Source: an uncultured Pseudomonadota bacterium (GTDB lineage: Bacteria; Pseudomonadota; Alphaproteobacteria; JACZXZ01). From it: a stretch of DNA of 64,000 bases. The position numbers and the translations under genes are program-made. Shown here one piece after another: positions 10,238-18,847 of the stretch. The stretch is taken from the NCBI GenBank assembly GCA_963749075.1, contig CAVVLJ010000016.1, forward strand, positions 960,001-1,024,000, given 5' to 3'. Within the stretch, counting starts at the first letter, position 1, and every line of letters starts with the position of its first letter. Under the pieces are notes generated by a model. That model saw nothing but the letters and a program-made list of their open reading frames with translations. It did not search any database and had not been told where the DNA came from.

Positions 10238-11673
10238 AAACCGCGGAGAAGAAGTTCGTGGAGAAGTCCGGCCTCATCGACCGCACGCTCCGCAACCTGC
10301 GCGGCGCGTGGAACGAGATCGCCCAGGCCGCGGCGGGCGCGCTCGCCGGCGGCACCGGCCCGCTCTTGGCCGACGGCGGCGATGAGCGGCTCAGAGAACA
10401 GATGCGCGTCTGTCTCGAGGGCCGCGGGGGCGAGGTCTCGGCGCGTGCGCGCGCCGCCTCGCTCGGCCGCAGCTATCTGGCGCTCGATCGTGCCGGCCGC
10501 AGACGCTTCCTCGGCATCCTCGCGCACGAGTTCGACGTCGACCATGCCGCCGTCGACCGCGCCGCAGACGCCCTCGGCAAAGCCGATGGCGGCGAGACGG
10601 CGCGCCGCCGCGCCGAGCGCGAGCTGCGTGCGGCCCTGGAAGCGCCGCGCGTGAAATTGCTGACCCAGTTCAACGAATTGCCAGATGGCGTTAAGTTTCT
10701 AGTTGACCTGCGCGCCGAGCTCCTCGAGATTGCCGGCCGCGATCCTGCGCTGGCGGCGCTCGAGGCCGATCTCAAGGATCTGCTGGCCTCGTGGTTCGAT
10801 GTCGGCTTCCTCGAATTGAGGCGCATCGGCTGGGATTCCCCGGCGGCCCTCCTCGAGAAGCTCATCGCCTATGAGGCGGTGCACGAGATCGACGGCTGGG
10901 GGGACCTCAAGAACCGCCTCGACTCGGACCGCCGCTGCTTCGCCTTCTTCCATCCCCGCATGCGGGACGAGCCGCTCATCTTCGTCGAGGTGGCGCTCTA
11001 CAGCGGCCTGGCCGACAACATCCAGCGCCTGCTCGACCCGGCGGCACCGGTCGAGGACGCGCACGTCGCGGACACGGCCATCTTCTATTCCATCTCGAAT
11101 GCCCAGAGAGGGCTGGTGGGCATCAGCTTCGGCGGCTTTCTCATCAAGCGCGTGGTTGCGGAGCTGGCGGGGGAATTCCGCAATCTCAAGGGGTTCGCCA
11201 CCCTCTCGCCGATGCCCGGCTTCAGGAGCTGGCTCGAGGGGATGCTCGCGGCGGATAGCCCGGCGCTCCTGCTCGCGGCCGAGCGCAAGGCCATTGCGCA
11301 GCTCCCGATCGGCATCGGCGACGACGGCGCCTTTGCCACTCTCATCGGCCTGCCGGCCTGGTACGACGACGAAGCGGTGGCCAAGGCGCTCAAGGCGCCG
11401 CTCAAGCGGCTTGCCGCGCGCTATCTCGTGGAGGAGCGGCGCGAGGACGGCCGCGCGCGCGATCCGGTGGCGCATTTCCATCTTTTGAACGGCGCCCGCG
11501 TCGAGCAGATCGACTGGCTGGCCGACCGCTCGGAGAAGGGCGTCGCCCAGTCCTACGGCATGATGGTCAACTACCGCTACCGCGAGCCCGACATCGAGGC
11601 CAACCACGAGGCCTATAAGGGAGAGGGCATGGTGGCGGCCTCGCCGGCCGTGCGGGCGCTCCTGCGCGGCTGA
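10234..11673 (+). CDS. Malonyl-CoA decarboxylase
   Basis: YEAVHEI, DRRCFAFFHP, PLIFVEVAL, FYSISN, TLSPMPGF, DPVAHFHLLNGA; ATGA overlap with the nnr stop (alternative start 10228). Confidence 0.93.
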   Translation: MKTAEKKFVEKSGLIDRTLRNLRGAWNEIAQAAAGALAGGTGPLLADGGDERLREQMRVCLEGRGGEVSARARAASLGRSYLALDRAGRRRFLGILAHEFDVDHAAVDRAADALGKADGGETARRRAERELRAALEAPRVKLLTQFNELPDGVKFLVDLRAELLEIAGRDPALAALEADLKDLLASWFDVGFLELRRIGWDSPAALLEKLIAYEAVHEIDGWGDLKNRLDSDRRCFAFFHPRMRDEPLIFVEVALYSGLADNIQRLLDPAAPVEDAHVADTAIFYSISNAQRGLVGISFGGFLIKRVVAELAGEFRNLKGFATLSPMPGFRSWLEGMLAADSPALLLAAERKAIAQLPIGIGDDGAFATLIGLPAWYDDEAVAKALKAPLKRLAARYLVEERREDGRARDPVAHFHLLNGARVEQIDWLADRSEKGVAQSYGMMVNYRYREPDIEANHEAYKGEGMVAASPAVRALLRG

Positions 11674-11832
11674 GCCGCCGGCCCTCCTTAAGATTTCGCG
11701 CCGGGCCTCACATGTATTTTGAGGAAAACCGTCTAACCCTTCGTGATTTAGCTTGAAATTCGCCGCGTTCTTTACTTAAATCCAATGTATATCGAACGTC
11801 CGGGCGGACGAGGGGCAGGGGCGAGGGCGGAC

Positions 11833-12108
11833 ATGAGCGGGCGGGCGCAAAGGCTGAGCAGCGTCTTCTTCCGACGCGGCGAGCTCTTCGAGTTCATCAA
11901 GGCGGGGGCGAGCTTCCGGCGCGAGTTTGCCGATAAGACGGTCGAGACCGCCGAGGTGCTCGATGTCTTCACCGACCCCCACAGCATCCCCCACGTGCGC
12001 TTCGAGTTCACCGTGCTGCGCCCCGGGCACGAGCCTTACGGCTCCGGCCCGCGCATCATGGCGCTCAAGAAGTTCTGCCAGAACTACGTGGAGCGTCTCT
12101 CGCGCTGA
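11833..12108 (+). CDS. Small hypothetical protein
   Basis: Host-like codon usage; ETAEVL..GIPHVRF-like segment and RIMAL..F..NY end; alternative start 11785. Confidence 0.65.
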   Translation: MSGRAQRLSSVFFRRGELFEFIKAGASFRREFADKTVETAEVLDVFTDPHSIPHVRFEFTVLRPGHEPYGSGPRIMALKKFCQNYVERLSR

Positions 12109-12208
12109 GCCTCGGGCGCAGCCGCGGCGCGCCGCCCCGCCCGCCGGCCGGCCGTTGTCTGGCGTGCCCGGGTTTGCTCGCTGAAAGCCTGAAGACGCGA
12201 AATGCCGA

Positions 12209-12247
12209 TTGACAGCGCGGACTGCGAACGGAATGCTGCGCTGCACA
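12209..12247 (+). promoter_or_regulatory. TTGACA -35 element and PhaR-like box upstream of the thioesterase-ABC operon
   Basis: TTGACA at 12209-12214; ATGCTGCGCTGCACA at 12233-12247 (TGC-RNY-GCA core) overlapping the expected -10/+1 region. Confidence 0.5.
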
Positions 12248-12264
12248 GAGGCAAAGAAGCAGCC

Positions 12265-13587
12265 ATGCCGAGCCCGAGCGCTCCCCGCATCCTCGCCGAG
12301 CCATACGCTGCAACAATCGACGTGACCAGGCGGATCGGGCTGCGCGGCTTCGCGCCCGGCGAGCGGGTGGCGCTGACCGCGACGCTGCGGCAGAACGATG
12401 CCAGCACCTGGCGCAGCGAGGCGGTCTTCGTGGCCGACGCCGGCGGTCTTGTCGATGTCGCGACGGCGGCACCGCTCGCGGGAACCTATGCCGGGGCGTC
12501 GCCGATGGGGCTGGTGTGGTCGATGCGGCAGACCGGCGAGCCTGTGGCGCAGGGAACGCCGTTCGACCAGACGGCGGTGCAGACGGTGCGGCTCGCCGCC
12601 GTGGCGGAGAGCGGGACGGCAGAGGGCTCGTTCGAGCAGCACTTCGTGGCGGCCGGCGTGGAGGTCGTGCCGGTCCGGGAGAGCGGCATGGTGGCGACGC
12701 TGTTCGCGCCGTCGGGCGGCGGCTCCCATCCGCTGGTGGTGATGCTCAGCGGCTCCGGCGGCGGGTTGATGGAGGCGCGCGCGGCACTCTTCGCGGCGCA
12801 CGGATATGCCGCCCTGGCGCTGGGCTATTTCGGCGCGGCAGGATTGCCGCCGACGATCTCTGAGACGCGTCTCGAGTATTTCGAGAGCGCCCTCAGATGG
12901 GCGCGGCGCACGCTGGCGCCTGCCGGCGGCTTCATCGCGGTGGCCGGCGTCTCCCGCGGCGGCGAGCTCGCGTTGCTGCTCGGCGCCACGATGCCCGATG
13001 AGATCGATGCCGTGATTGCCTATGTGCCGAGCTCCGTGACCAACGGCGTGCTGAACGCGGGGCGGCCCGGGGAGAGCCGGCACGCGCCGAGCTGGTCGTG
13101 GCGCGGCCGCAACTTGCCGGTGCTGGCCGCGGACAATCCGCGGGCGGACTGGGCCTTGTTCGATGATGCGCCGGCGCCGAAGCGACAGACTCCGGCGTTC
13201 CTTGCCGCCTTGCAGGATGCGCAGGCGGTGGCGCGCTCGAGCATCGCCGTGGAGCGCATCAAGGGGCCGGTGATGCTGATCTCGGGACGCGACGACGGGC
13301 TGTGGCCGTCGGCGCGCTTCGCCGAGCTGGTCGAGGAACGGCTGGCGGCGGCCAAACATCCCTATGCGGTCGCACACCTCTGCTACGGCGATGCCGGGCA
13401 CGCGATCGGCTATCCCCATGTGCCGACCACGGTGCTGGCGCGGGCGCACCCGGTGTCGGGGGTGGAACTGGCCTATGGCGGCACGGCGGAGGGCAATGCC
13501 CGGGCCGGCGCCAAATCCTGGCCGGCGGTGTTGGAGTTTCTCGACGCGGCGCGGCAATCCGTGCGGCGACGGCAGAGACGGGCATGA
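12265..13587 (+). CDS. Acyl-CoA thioesterase / BAAT-family alpha/beta hydrolase
   Basis: N-terminal ADAGGLVDV...GTY.G..PMGL.WSM domain; triad GVSRG (Ser), GRDDGLWP (Asp), DAGH (His). Confidence 0.9.
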   Translation: MPSPSAPRILAEPYAATIDVTRRIGLRGFAPGERVALTATLRQNDASTWRSEAVFVADAGGLVDVATAAPLAGTYAGASPMGLVWSMRQTGEPVAQGTPFDQTAVQTVRLAAVAESGTAEGSFEQHFVAAGVEVVPVRESGMVATLFAPSGGGSHPLVVMLSGSGGGLMEARAALFAAHGYAALALGYFGAAGLPPTISETRLEYFESALRWARRTLAPAGGFIAVAGVSRGGELALLLGATMPDEIDAVIAYVPSSVTNGVLNAGRPGESRHAPSWSWRGRNLPVLAADNPRADWALFDDAPAPKRQTPAFLAALQDAQAVARSSIAVERIKGPVMLISGRDDGLWPSARFAELVEERLAAAKHPYAVAHLCYGDAGHAIGYPHVPTTVLARAHPVSGVELAYGGTAEGNARAGAKSWPAVLEFLDAARQSVRRRQRRA

Positions 13588-13603
13588 CATCGGGGGGCAA
13601 GAC

Positions 13604-14665
13604 ATGATGCGTTCGATGGCGTTGGCCGCCGTGCTGCTGGCCCTGGCGGCGCCGGCCGCGCGCGCCGAGCACATCACCATCGGCCTGGCCGTCCCGATGG
13701 GCCCGACGGACACCATGGCGGCGGCGGCGGAGCTCGGGCTGTTCAAAGCGGAAGAGCTGGAGCCGGAGTTCATCGTCTTCCAGGGCGCCGGCGCGCTCTT
13801 GCCGCAGATCGCCACCAAGCAGGTGCTGATCGGCCTGCCGCTGACCGAGCCGGTGCTGGCCTCCTACCAGCCCGGCAATGCGCCGCTGCCGGTGGTGTTC
13901 TTCTACAACGCGAGCCCCTACAACGGCCTGGAGCTCTCGGTGCTGGCGGACGGGCCGGTCAAGAGCATTGCCGATCTGCGCGGAAAGTCGATCGGCGTGG
14001 GGGCCTTGACGTGGGGCACGATTCCGCAGACGCGCTCGCTCCTGCGCGCGAGCGGGCTGCATCCCGGCAGCGACGTCGATATCGTGGCGGTCGGCGTCCT
14101 CGGCGCCGGGTTCGAGGCGTTGCGCAGCGGGCGGGTGGCGGCGCTGAACTTCAACGAGAATTGGAACGATTTGCTGGAGCAGCAGGGCACCAAGATCCGC
14201 CGCCTGCCGTTCCCGCCGGCGTATCGGCGCATGATCAGCAACGCCTACGTGGCGCATCAAGACACGTTGAAGAACGATCCCCAAATCCTCGCGCGGTTCG
14301 GCCGGGTCGTCGCGGAGGCGGCGGTCCTTTGCGGCGCCAATCCGCGCTTCTGTGTCGAAGCGTTCTGGCGGGCCCATCCGGAAGCGAAGCCGAAGGAGGA
14401 GGATGCGGCGAAGAGTCTGGCCGGTGCCGTGGCGAGCAGGGCCAAGAGCAGCTGGAAGACGCTGCACGAGGAAAGCGGGCATGACCGGGTGCTCGGCCAG
14501 TTCGACCTCGGCATCATCCGCGACTACGTGAAGGCGATGCAGCAATCGGGAGAGTTCGCCAGCAGCGACATTCCGCTGGAGAAGCTGTTCAGCAACGCCC
14601 TGGTGCCGGAGTTCGCGAAGTTCGATCGCGCGGCGCTAATCGCGCGCGCCCGGGCGGCGCATTGA
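13604..14665 (+). CDS. ABC substrate-binding protein, SsuA/NMT1-THI5-like
   Basis: Signal peptide ending ARA; ELGLFKAEEL, SIADLRGKSIGV. Confidence 0.88.
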   Translation: MMRSMALAAVLLALAAPAARAEHITIGLAVPMGPTDTMAAAAELGLFKAEELEPEFIVFQGAGALLPQIATKQVLIGLPLTEPVLASYQPGNAPLPVVFFYNASPYNGLELSVLADGPVKSIADLRGKSIGVGALTWGTIPQTRSLLRASGLHPGSDVDIVAVGVLGAGFEALRSGRVAALNFNENWNDLLEQQGTKIRRLPFPPAYRRMISNAYVAHQDTLKNDPQILARFGRVVAEAAVLCGANPRFCVEAFWRAHPEAKPKEEDAAKSLAGAVASRAKSSWKTLHEESGHDRVLGQFDLGIIRDYVKAMQQSGEFASSDIPLEKLFSNALVPEFAKFDRAALIARARAAH

Positions 14666-14672
14666 CCGGGCA

Positions 14673-15434
14673 ATGCTGGAGGCAGCGGCCGCCGGGCTGA
14701 TCTACCGGACGCGGCGCGGCAGCATCGCAGCACTGGATGGCGTGGATCTGAGCATCGCGCGAGGCGCCTTCGTGTCGCTGATCGGCAGCTCCGGCTGCGG
14801 CAAGTCGTCGTTGTTGAAGCTGTTCGCCGGGCTGATGCGGCCGAGCGCCGGGGTGATCCGCGTCGACGGGACGGCAGTCAAGGGGCCCGACCGCCGCATC
14901 GGCATCGCCTTCCAGCGGCCGACCCTGATGCCGTGGAAGACGGTCATTGAGAATGTGCTGGTGCCGGCGCACGCGCAGGGCCGCGACGAGCGCGCGAGCC
15001 TGCGCCGTGCGGAGGCGCTGCTGACGATGGTCGGCCTGGCGGGCTTCGCCGAGGATTATCCGCGGGAGCTCTCCGGCGGCATGCAGCAGCGCGTCGGGCT
15101 GGCGCGCATGCTGGTGCATGAGCCGGAGGTGCTGCTGCTCGATGAGCCGTTCGCGGCGCTGGATGCGCTGACCCGCGAGGAATTGATGGCGGAGTTGCAG
15201 CTCCTATGGCTGGCGCAGGCGCGCACGGCGCTCTTCGTGACGCACAGCATCGCCGAGGCGGCGTTCCTCTCGGATCGCGTGCTGGTGATGTCGCCGCGGC
15301 CGGGACGCGTCGTCGCCGACATCGCCGTGCCGTTCGCCCGGCCGCGCGCGATTGAGCTCCTGGAGACCGCCGAGTTCGCAGCACTGACCGGGCGCATCCG
15401 GCGCGCGCTCGATACGGCGGGCGGGCGGGCGTGA
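14673..15434 (+). CDS. ABC ATP-binding protein (SsuB/TauB type)
   Basis: GSSGCGKS, LSGGMQQRV, LLLDEPFAALD, FVTHS. Confidence 0.95.
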   Translation: MLEAAAAGLIYRTRRGSIAALDGVDLSIARGAFVSLIGSSGCGKSSLLKLFAGLMRPSAGVIRVDGTAVKGPDRRIGIAFQRPTLMPWKTVIENVLVPAHAQGRDERASLRRAEALLTMVGLAGFAEDYPRELSGGMQQRVGLARMLVHEPEVLLLDEPFAALDALTREELMAELQLLWLAQARTALFVTHSIAEAAFLSDRVLVMSPRPGRVVADIAVPFARPRAIELLETAEFAALTGRIRRALDTAGGRA

Positions 15435-16210
15435 TGCGCATCCTCTCGCGGCTGGGACCTCCTCTGGCGACGCTCGGCGTGGTGGTGTTCGCGTGGTGGG
15501 CGGCGGTGCGCGGGCTGCACATGGAGGCCTACCTGCTGCCGGCGCCGGGCGCGGTCGCCCGGGCGATCTACGACGGTTTCGCCGACGGCAGCTTTTGGCC
15601 GCATATCGCGGCGACGGTGGAGGCGTCGGCGATCGGCTTCGCCGTCGGCAGCGCCATCGCGGTGGCGCTCGGCGTGGCGCTGGCCGAGCAGCCGATCTTC
15701 GAGCGCTTCCTCTTTCCCCTGATCGTGGCGCTGCAGGCGATGCCGAAGGTGGCGCTGGCGCCGCTCATCCTGGTGTGGTGCGGCTTCGGGCTGGAATCGA
15801 AGGTCGTGCTGATCGTGCTGATCTGCTTTTTCCCGCTCTTCGTGAACGTGGTCGTGGGCATCCGCAGCGCCGATCCGGATCTGATCGATCTCTGCCGGGC
15901 GTCCTGCGCCTCGCGCTGGTACATCTTCCGCAACGTCAAGCTGCCCTCGGCGGCGGGGAACATCTTCGCGGGATTGCAGATCGGTGCGAGCCTGGCGCTG
16001 ATCGGCGCGGTGGTGGGCGAGTTCGTCTCGGCGCAGCGCGGGCTGGGATATCTCATCGCTTCGTCCATGGTGAACATGAGCGTGGCCACGATGTTCGCGG
16101 GAGCGATTCTCCTGGCCCTGATCGGCATCGCCGCGACGGCGGCGGTCCGCTGGGTGCATGCGCGGGTGGTGTTCTGGGAGGGGCAGGGGGAGCAGGCGGA
16201 TCGGGAGTGA
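15431..16210 (+). CDS. ABC permease (SsuC/TauC type)
   Basis: PKVALAPL, GAVVGEF..AQRGLG; several transmembrane segments. Confidence 0.93.
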   Translation: MMRILSRLGPPLATLGVVVFAWWAAVRGLHMEAYLLPAPGAVARAIYDGFADGSFWPHIAATVEASAIGFAVGSAIAVALGVALAEQPIFERFLFPLIVALQAMPKVALAPLILVWCGFGLESKVVLIVLICFFPLFVNVVVGIRSADPDLIDLCRASCASRWYIFRNVKLPSAAGNIFAGLQIGASLALIGAVVGEFVSAQRGLGYLIASSMVNMSVATMFAGAILLALIGIAATAAVRWVHARVVFWEGQGEQADRE

Positions 16211-16256
16211 AACGTGGCTCTGGCGCAAGCGGAGTTTTATGGGGGATAATCCCGCC

Positions 16257-18611
16257 ATGCCCGATACCGCCTCCCTCGTACCGCCCGCCAAGGCGATCGA
16301 GCCCGCGGCGCTCGCCGCCTTGCAGCAGCTCGAGCGCAAGGTGCTGTGGCTCTCCTCCTGGATGATCCACAACGCCAATCACCTGCGCACGAGCCGCGAC
16401 GGGCTCAAGGTGGGCGGCCACCAAGCCTCCTCAGCCTCGGTGGCGACGCTCCTCTCGGCGCTCTATTTCCACGTCCTCAAGCCGGCGGACCGCGTGGCGG
16501 TCAAGCCGCATGCGAGCCCCGTCTTCCACGCCATCCAGTATCTCCTCGGCCACCAGAGCCGGGAGAAGCTCGCCGCCTTCCGCGCCCTCGGCGGCGCCCA
16601 GTCCTATCCCTCGCGCAGCAAGGACGGCGACGACGTCGATTTCTCGACCGGCTCGGTCGGTCTCGGCGTCGCCATGACGAGCTTCGCCTCCCTCGTGCAG
16701 GACTATGTCCGGCTCAAGGGGCTGGCACCCCCGGACGCCGAGGCCGGCCGCATGGTGGCGGTGGTGGGCGACGCGGAGCTCGACGAGGGCAACGTCTACG
16801 AGGCGCTGCTCGAGGGCTGGAAGCACGAGCTGCGCAACGTCTGGTGGGTCATCGACTACAACCGCCAGAGCCTCGACAACGTCATCGCCGACCGCCTCTA
16901 CAGCCGCTTCGACAGCCTCTTCGCCGCCATGAAGTGGCGCGTGGTGACGCTCAAGTACGGCAAGCGCCTGGAGGCGGCCTTCGCGGAGCCGGGCGGGGAG
17001 GCGCTGCGCGAGTGGATCGACGCCTGCCCGAACTCGCTCTATTCGGCGCTCTGCTTCAAGGGGGGTGCCGGCTGGCGCGCGCACCTCGCGGCCGACCTCG
17101 GTGGCAACCCTGCCATCGCGCGCGTCCTTAAGAGCCACGACGACGACGCCCTCCACGCCCTCATGACCAATCTCGCCGGGCACGACATGGCGGCCGTGCT
17201 CGAGGCCTTCGATGCCGCCGAGGGCGACGAGCCCGTCTGCTTCATCGCTTACACGATCAAGGGCTTCGGGCTGCCCTTCGCCGGCCACAAGGACAATCAC
17301 GCCGGCCTCATGAACCGCGAGCAGATGCGGCACTTCAAGGAGATGATGCGCATCGCCGACGGCGAGGAATGGAAGCGCTTCGCCGGCCTCGAGCTGCCGG
17401 CCGACGAGCTGCAGCGCTTCCTCGACCAGGTGCCCTTCGCCGCCCGCTTCCCGCGGCGCTACGAGACGGCGGCGGTCGCCGTGCCGCAGCGCCTCGAGGT
17501 GGCGCACGAGGCGGAGGCCTCGACCCAGGAGGGCTTCGGACGCATCCTCAACGAGATCGCGCGGAGCGGGAGCGAGCTCAGCGCGCGCATCGTCACGACC
17601 TCGCCCGACGTGACCGTATCGACCAACCTGGGGCCCTGGGTCAATCGCCGCGGCATCTTCTCGCGCGTGCGCCGGGAGGACGTGTTCAAGGAGGAGCACG
17701 TGCTCTCGGCTCAGCGCTGGGTGCAGTCGCCCGACGGCCAGCACATCGAGCTCGGCATCGCCGAGAACAACCTCTTCATCCTGCTTGCCGCCTTGGGGCT
17801 CGCCGGGCCGCTCTTCGGCGCGCGCCTGCTGCCGGTGGGGACGCTCTACGATCCCTTCATCAAGCGCGGCCTCGACGCCCTCAACTACGCGCTCTACCAG
17901 GACGCGCGCTTCATGCTGGTGGCGACGCCCTCGGGGCTCACCCTGGCGCCCGAGGGCGGGGCGCACCAGTCGGTCGCCACGCCCCTCATCGGCCTGGGCA
18001 TGCCCAATCTCGAATTCTTCGAGCCGGCCTACGTCGACGAGCTCGCCGAGATCATGCGCTGGGGCTTCGCCTACATGCAGGCGCCGGACGGCCGCTCGCT
18101 CTATCTCCGCCTCTCGACGCGGACGCTGGCGCAGCCGGCGCGGCCGATGAGCGAGGCGACGCGCCAGGCGATCATCGCCGGCGGATACTGGATCGTGCCG
18201 CCGGCGGCCGGCGCCGAGCTCGCCCTCGTCTATAGCGGCGCCGTGGCACCCGAGGCCGCGGAGGCTCACCGCCAGCTCCTCGAGGACCTGCCCGGCGCCG
18301 GGCTGCTTGCCGTCACCTCGGCGAGCCGGCTCCATGCCGACTGGCTGGCGCGGCGCGAGGCGAGCCACGTGGCCGAGCTCCTAGCCCCGCTCTCGCCCGC
18401 GGCAGGGCTCGTCACCTTGATCGACGGCCACCCGGCGACGCTCTCCTGGCTGGGTGCCGTGGCGCGCCATGCCGTGCATCCGCTCGGCGTCGATCATTTC
18501 GGCCAGTCGGGCGACATCCCCGATCTCTACCGCGCCTACGGCCTCGACGCGGACGCCGTCCTCGATGCCGCCGCGGCCCTCGTGCTGAGGGGGCGGCGCG
18601 CGACCGCGTGA
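16257..18611 (+). CDS. TPP-dependent AceE-type 2-oxoacid dehydrogenase E1 / transketolase-like protein
   Basis: KVGGHQASS, KPHASP, STGSVG, GDAELDEG..IDYNRQS (TPP motif), GIAENN, EGGAHQS, FGQSG. Confidence 0.9.
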   Translation: MPDTASLVPPAKAIEPAALAALQQLERKVLWLSSWMIHNANHLRTSRDGLKVGGHQASSASVATLLSALYFHVLKPADRVAVKPHASPVFHAIQYLLGHQSREKLAAFRALGGAQSYPSRSKDGDDVDFSTGSVGLGVAMTSFASLVQDYVRLKGLAPPDAEAGRMVAVVGDAELDEGNVYEALLEGWKHELRNVWWVIDYNRQSLDNVIADRLYSRFDSLFAAMKWRVVTLKYGKRLEAAFAEPGGEALREWIDACPNSLYSALCFKGGAGWRAHLAADLGGNPAIARVLKSHDDDALHALMTNLAGHDMAAVLEAFDAAEGDEPVCFIAYTIKGFGLPFAGHKDNHAGLMNREQMRHFKEMMRIADGEEWKRFAGLELPADELQRFLDQVPFAARFPRRYETAAVAVPQRLEVAHEAEASTQEGFGRILNEIARSGSELSARIVTTSPDVTVSTNLGPWVNRRGIFSRVRREDVFKEEHVLSAQRWVQSPDGQHIELGIAENNLFILLAALGLAGPLFGARLLPVGTLYDPFIKRGLDALNYALYQDARFMLVATPSGLTLAPEGGAHQSVATPLIGLGMPNLEFFEPAYVDELAEIMRWGFAYMQAPDGRSLYLRLSTRTLAQPARPMSEATRQAIIAGGYWIVPPAAGAELALVYSGAVAPEAAEAHRQLLEDLPGAGLLAVTSASRLHADWLARREASHVAELLAPLSPAAGLVTLIDGHPATLSWLGAVARHAVHPLGVDHFGQSGDIPDLYRAYGLDADAVLDAAAALVLRGRRATA

Positions 18612-18711
18612 GGGTACTGCTGCCGGGCGGCCCGCGGCCACGGCGCCAGCGCTGCCCCTTGAACCCGGGGTGCGGAGGGCTTAATAGAAGCCCCCGGCGT
18701 GCCCTCGCGCT

Positions 18712-18798
18712 GCGGGCGTGGCGGAACTGGTAGACGCGCCAGGTTTAGGTCCTGGTGACCGCGAGGTCGTGGGGGTTCAAGTCCCTCCGCCCGCACCA
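18712..18798 (+). tRNA. tRNA-Leu(TAG)
   Basis: 87 nt with long variable arm; anticodon arm CCAGG-TTTAGGT-CCTGG; ends ACCA; usual position before tig. Confidence 0.97.
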
Positions 18799-18847
18799 GG
18801 GACGCGCTTCAAGCGAAGATGTTCAGCCCCTAGCTGTCGGGATCGAG

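Noticed and set aside
10655-10710. AT-rich codon patch in the malonyl-CoA decarboxylase gene (similar patches in dnaE near 52570-52680) as an internal CtrA site or promoter
   Set aside because: TTAA-N8-TTGAC has the wrong spacing for CtrA and there is no other support.
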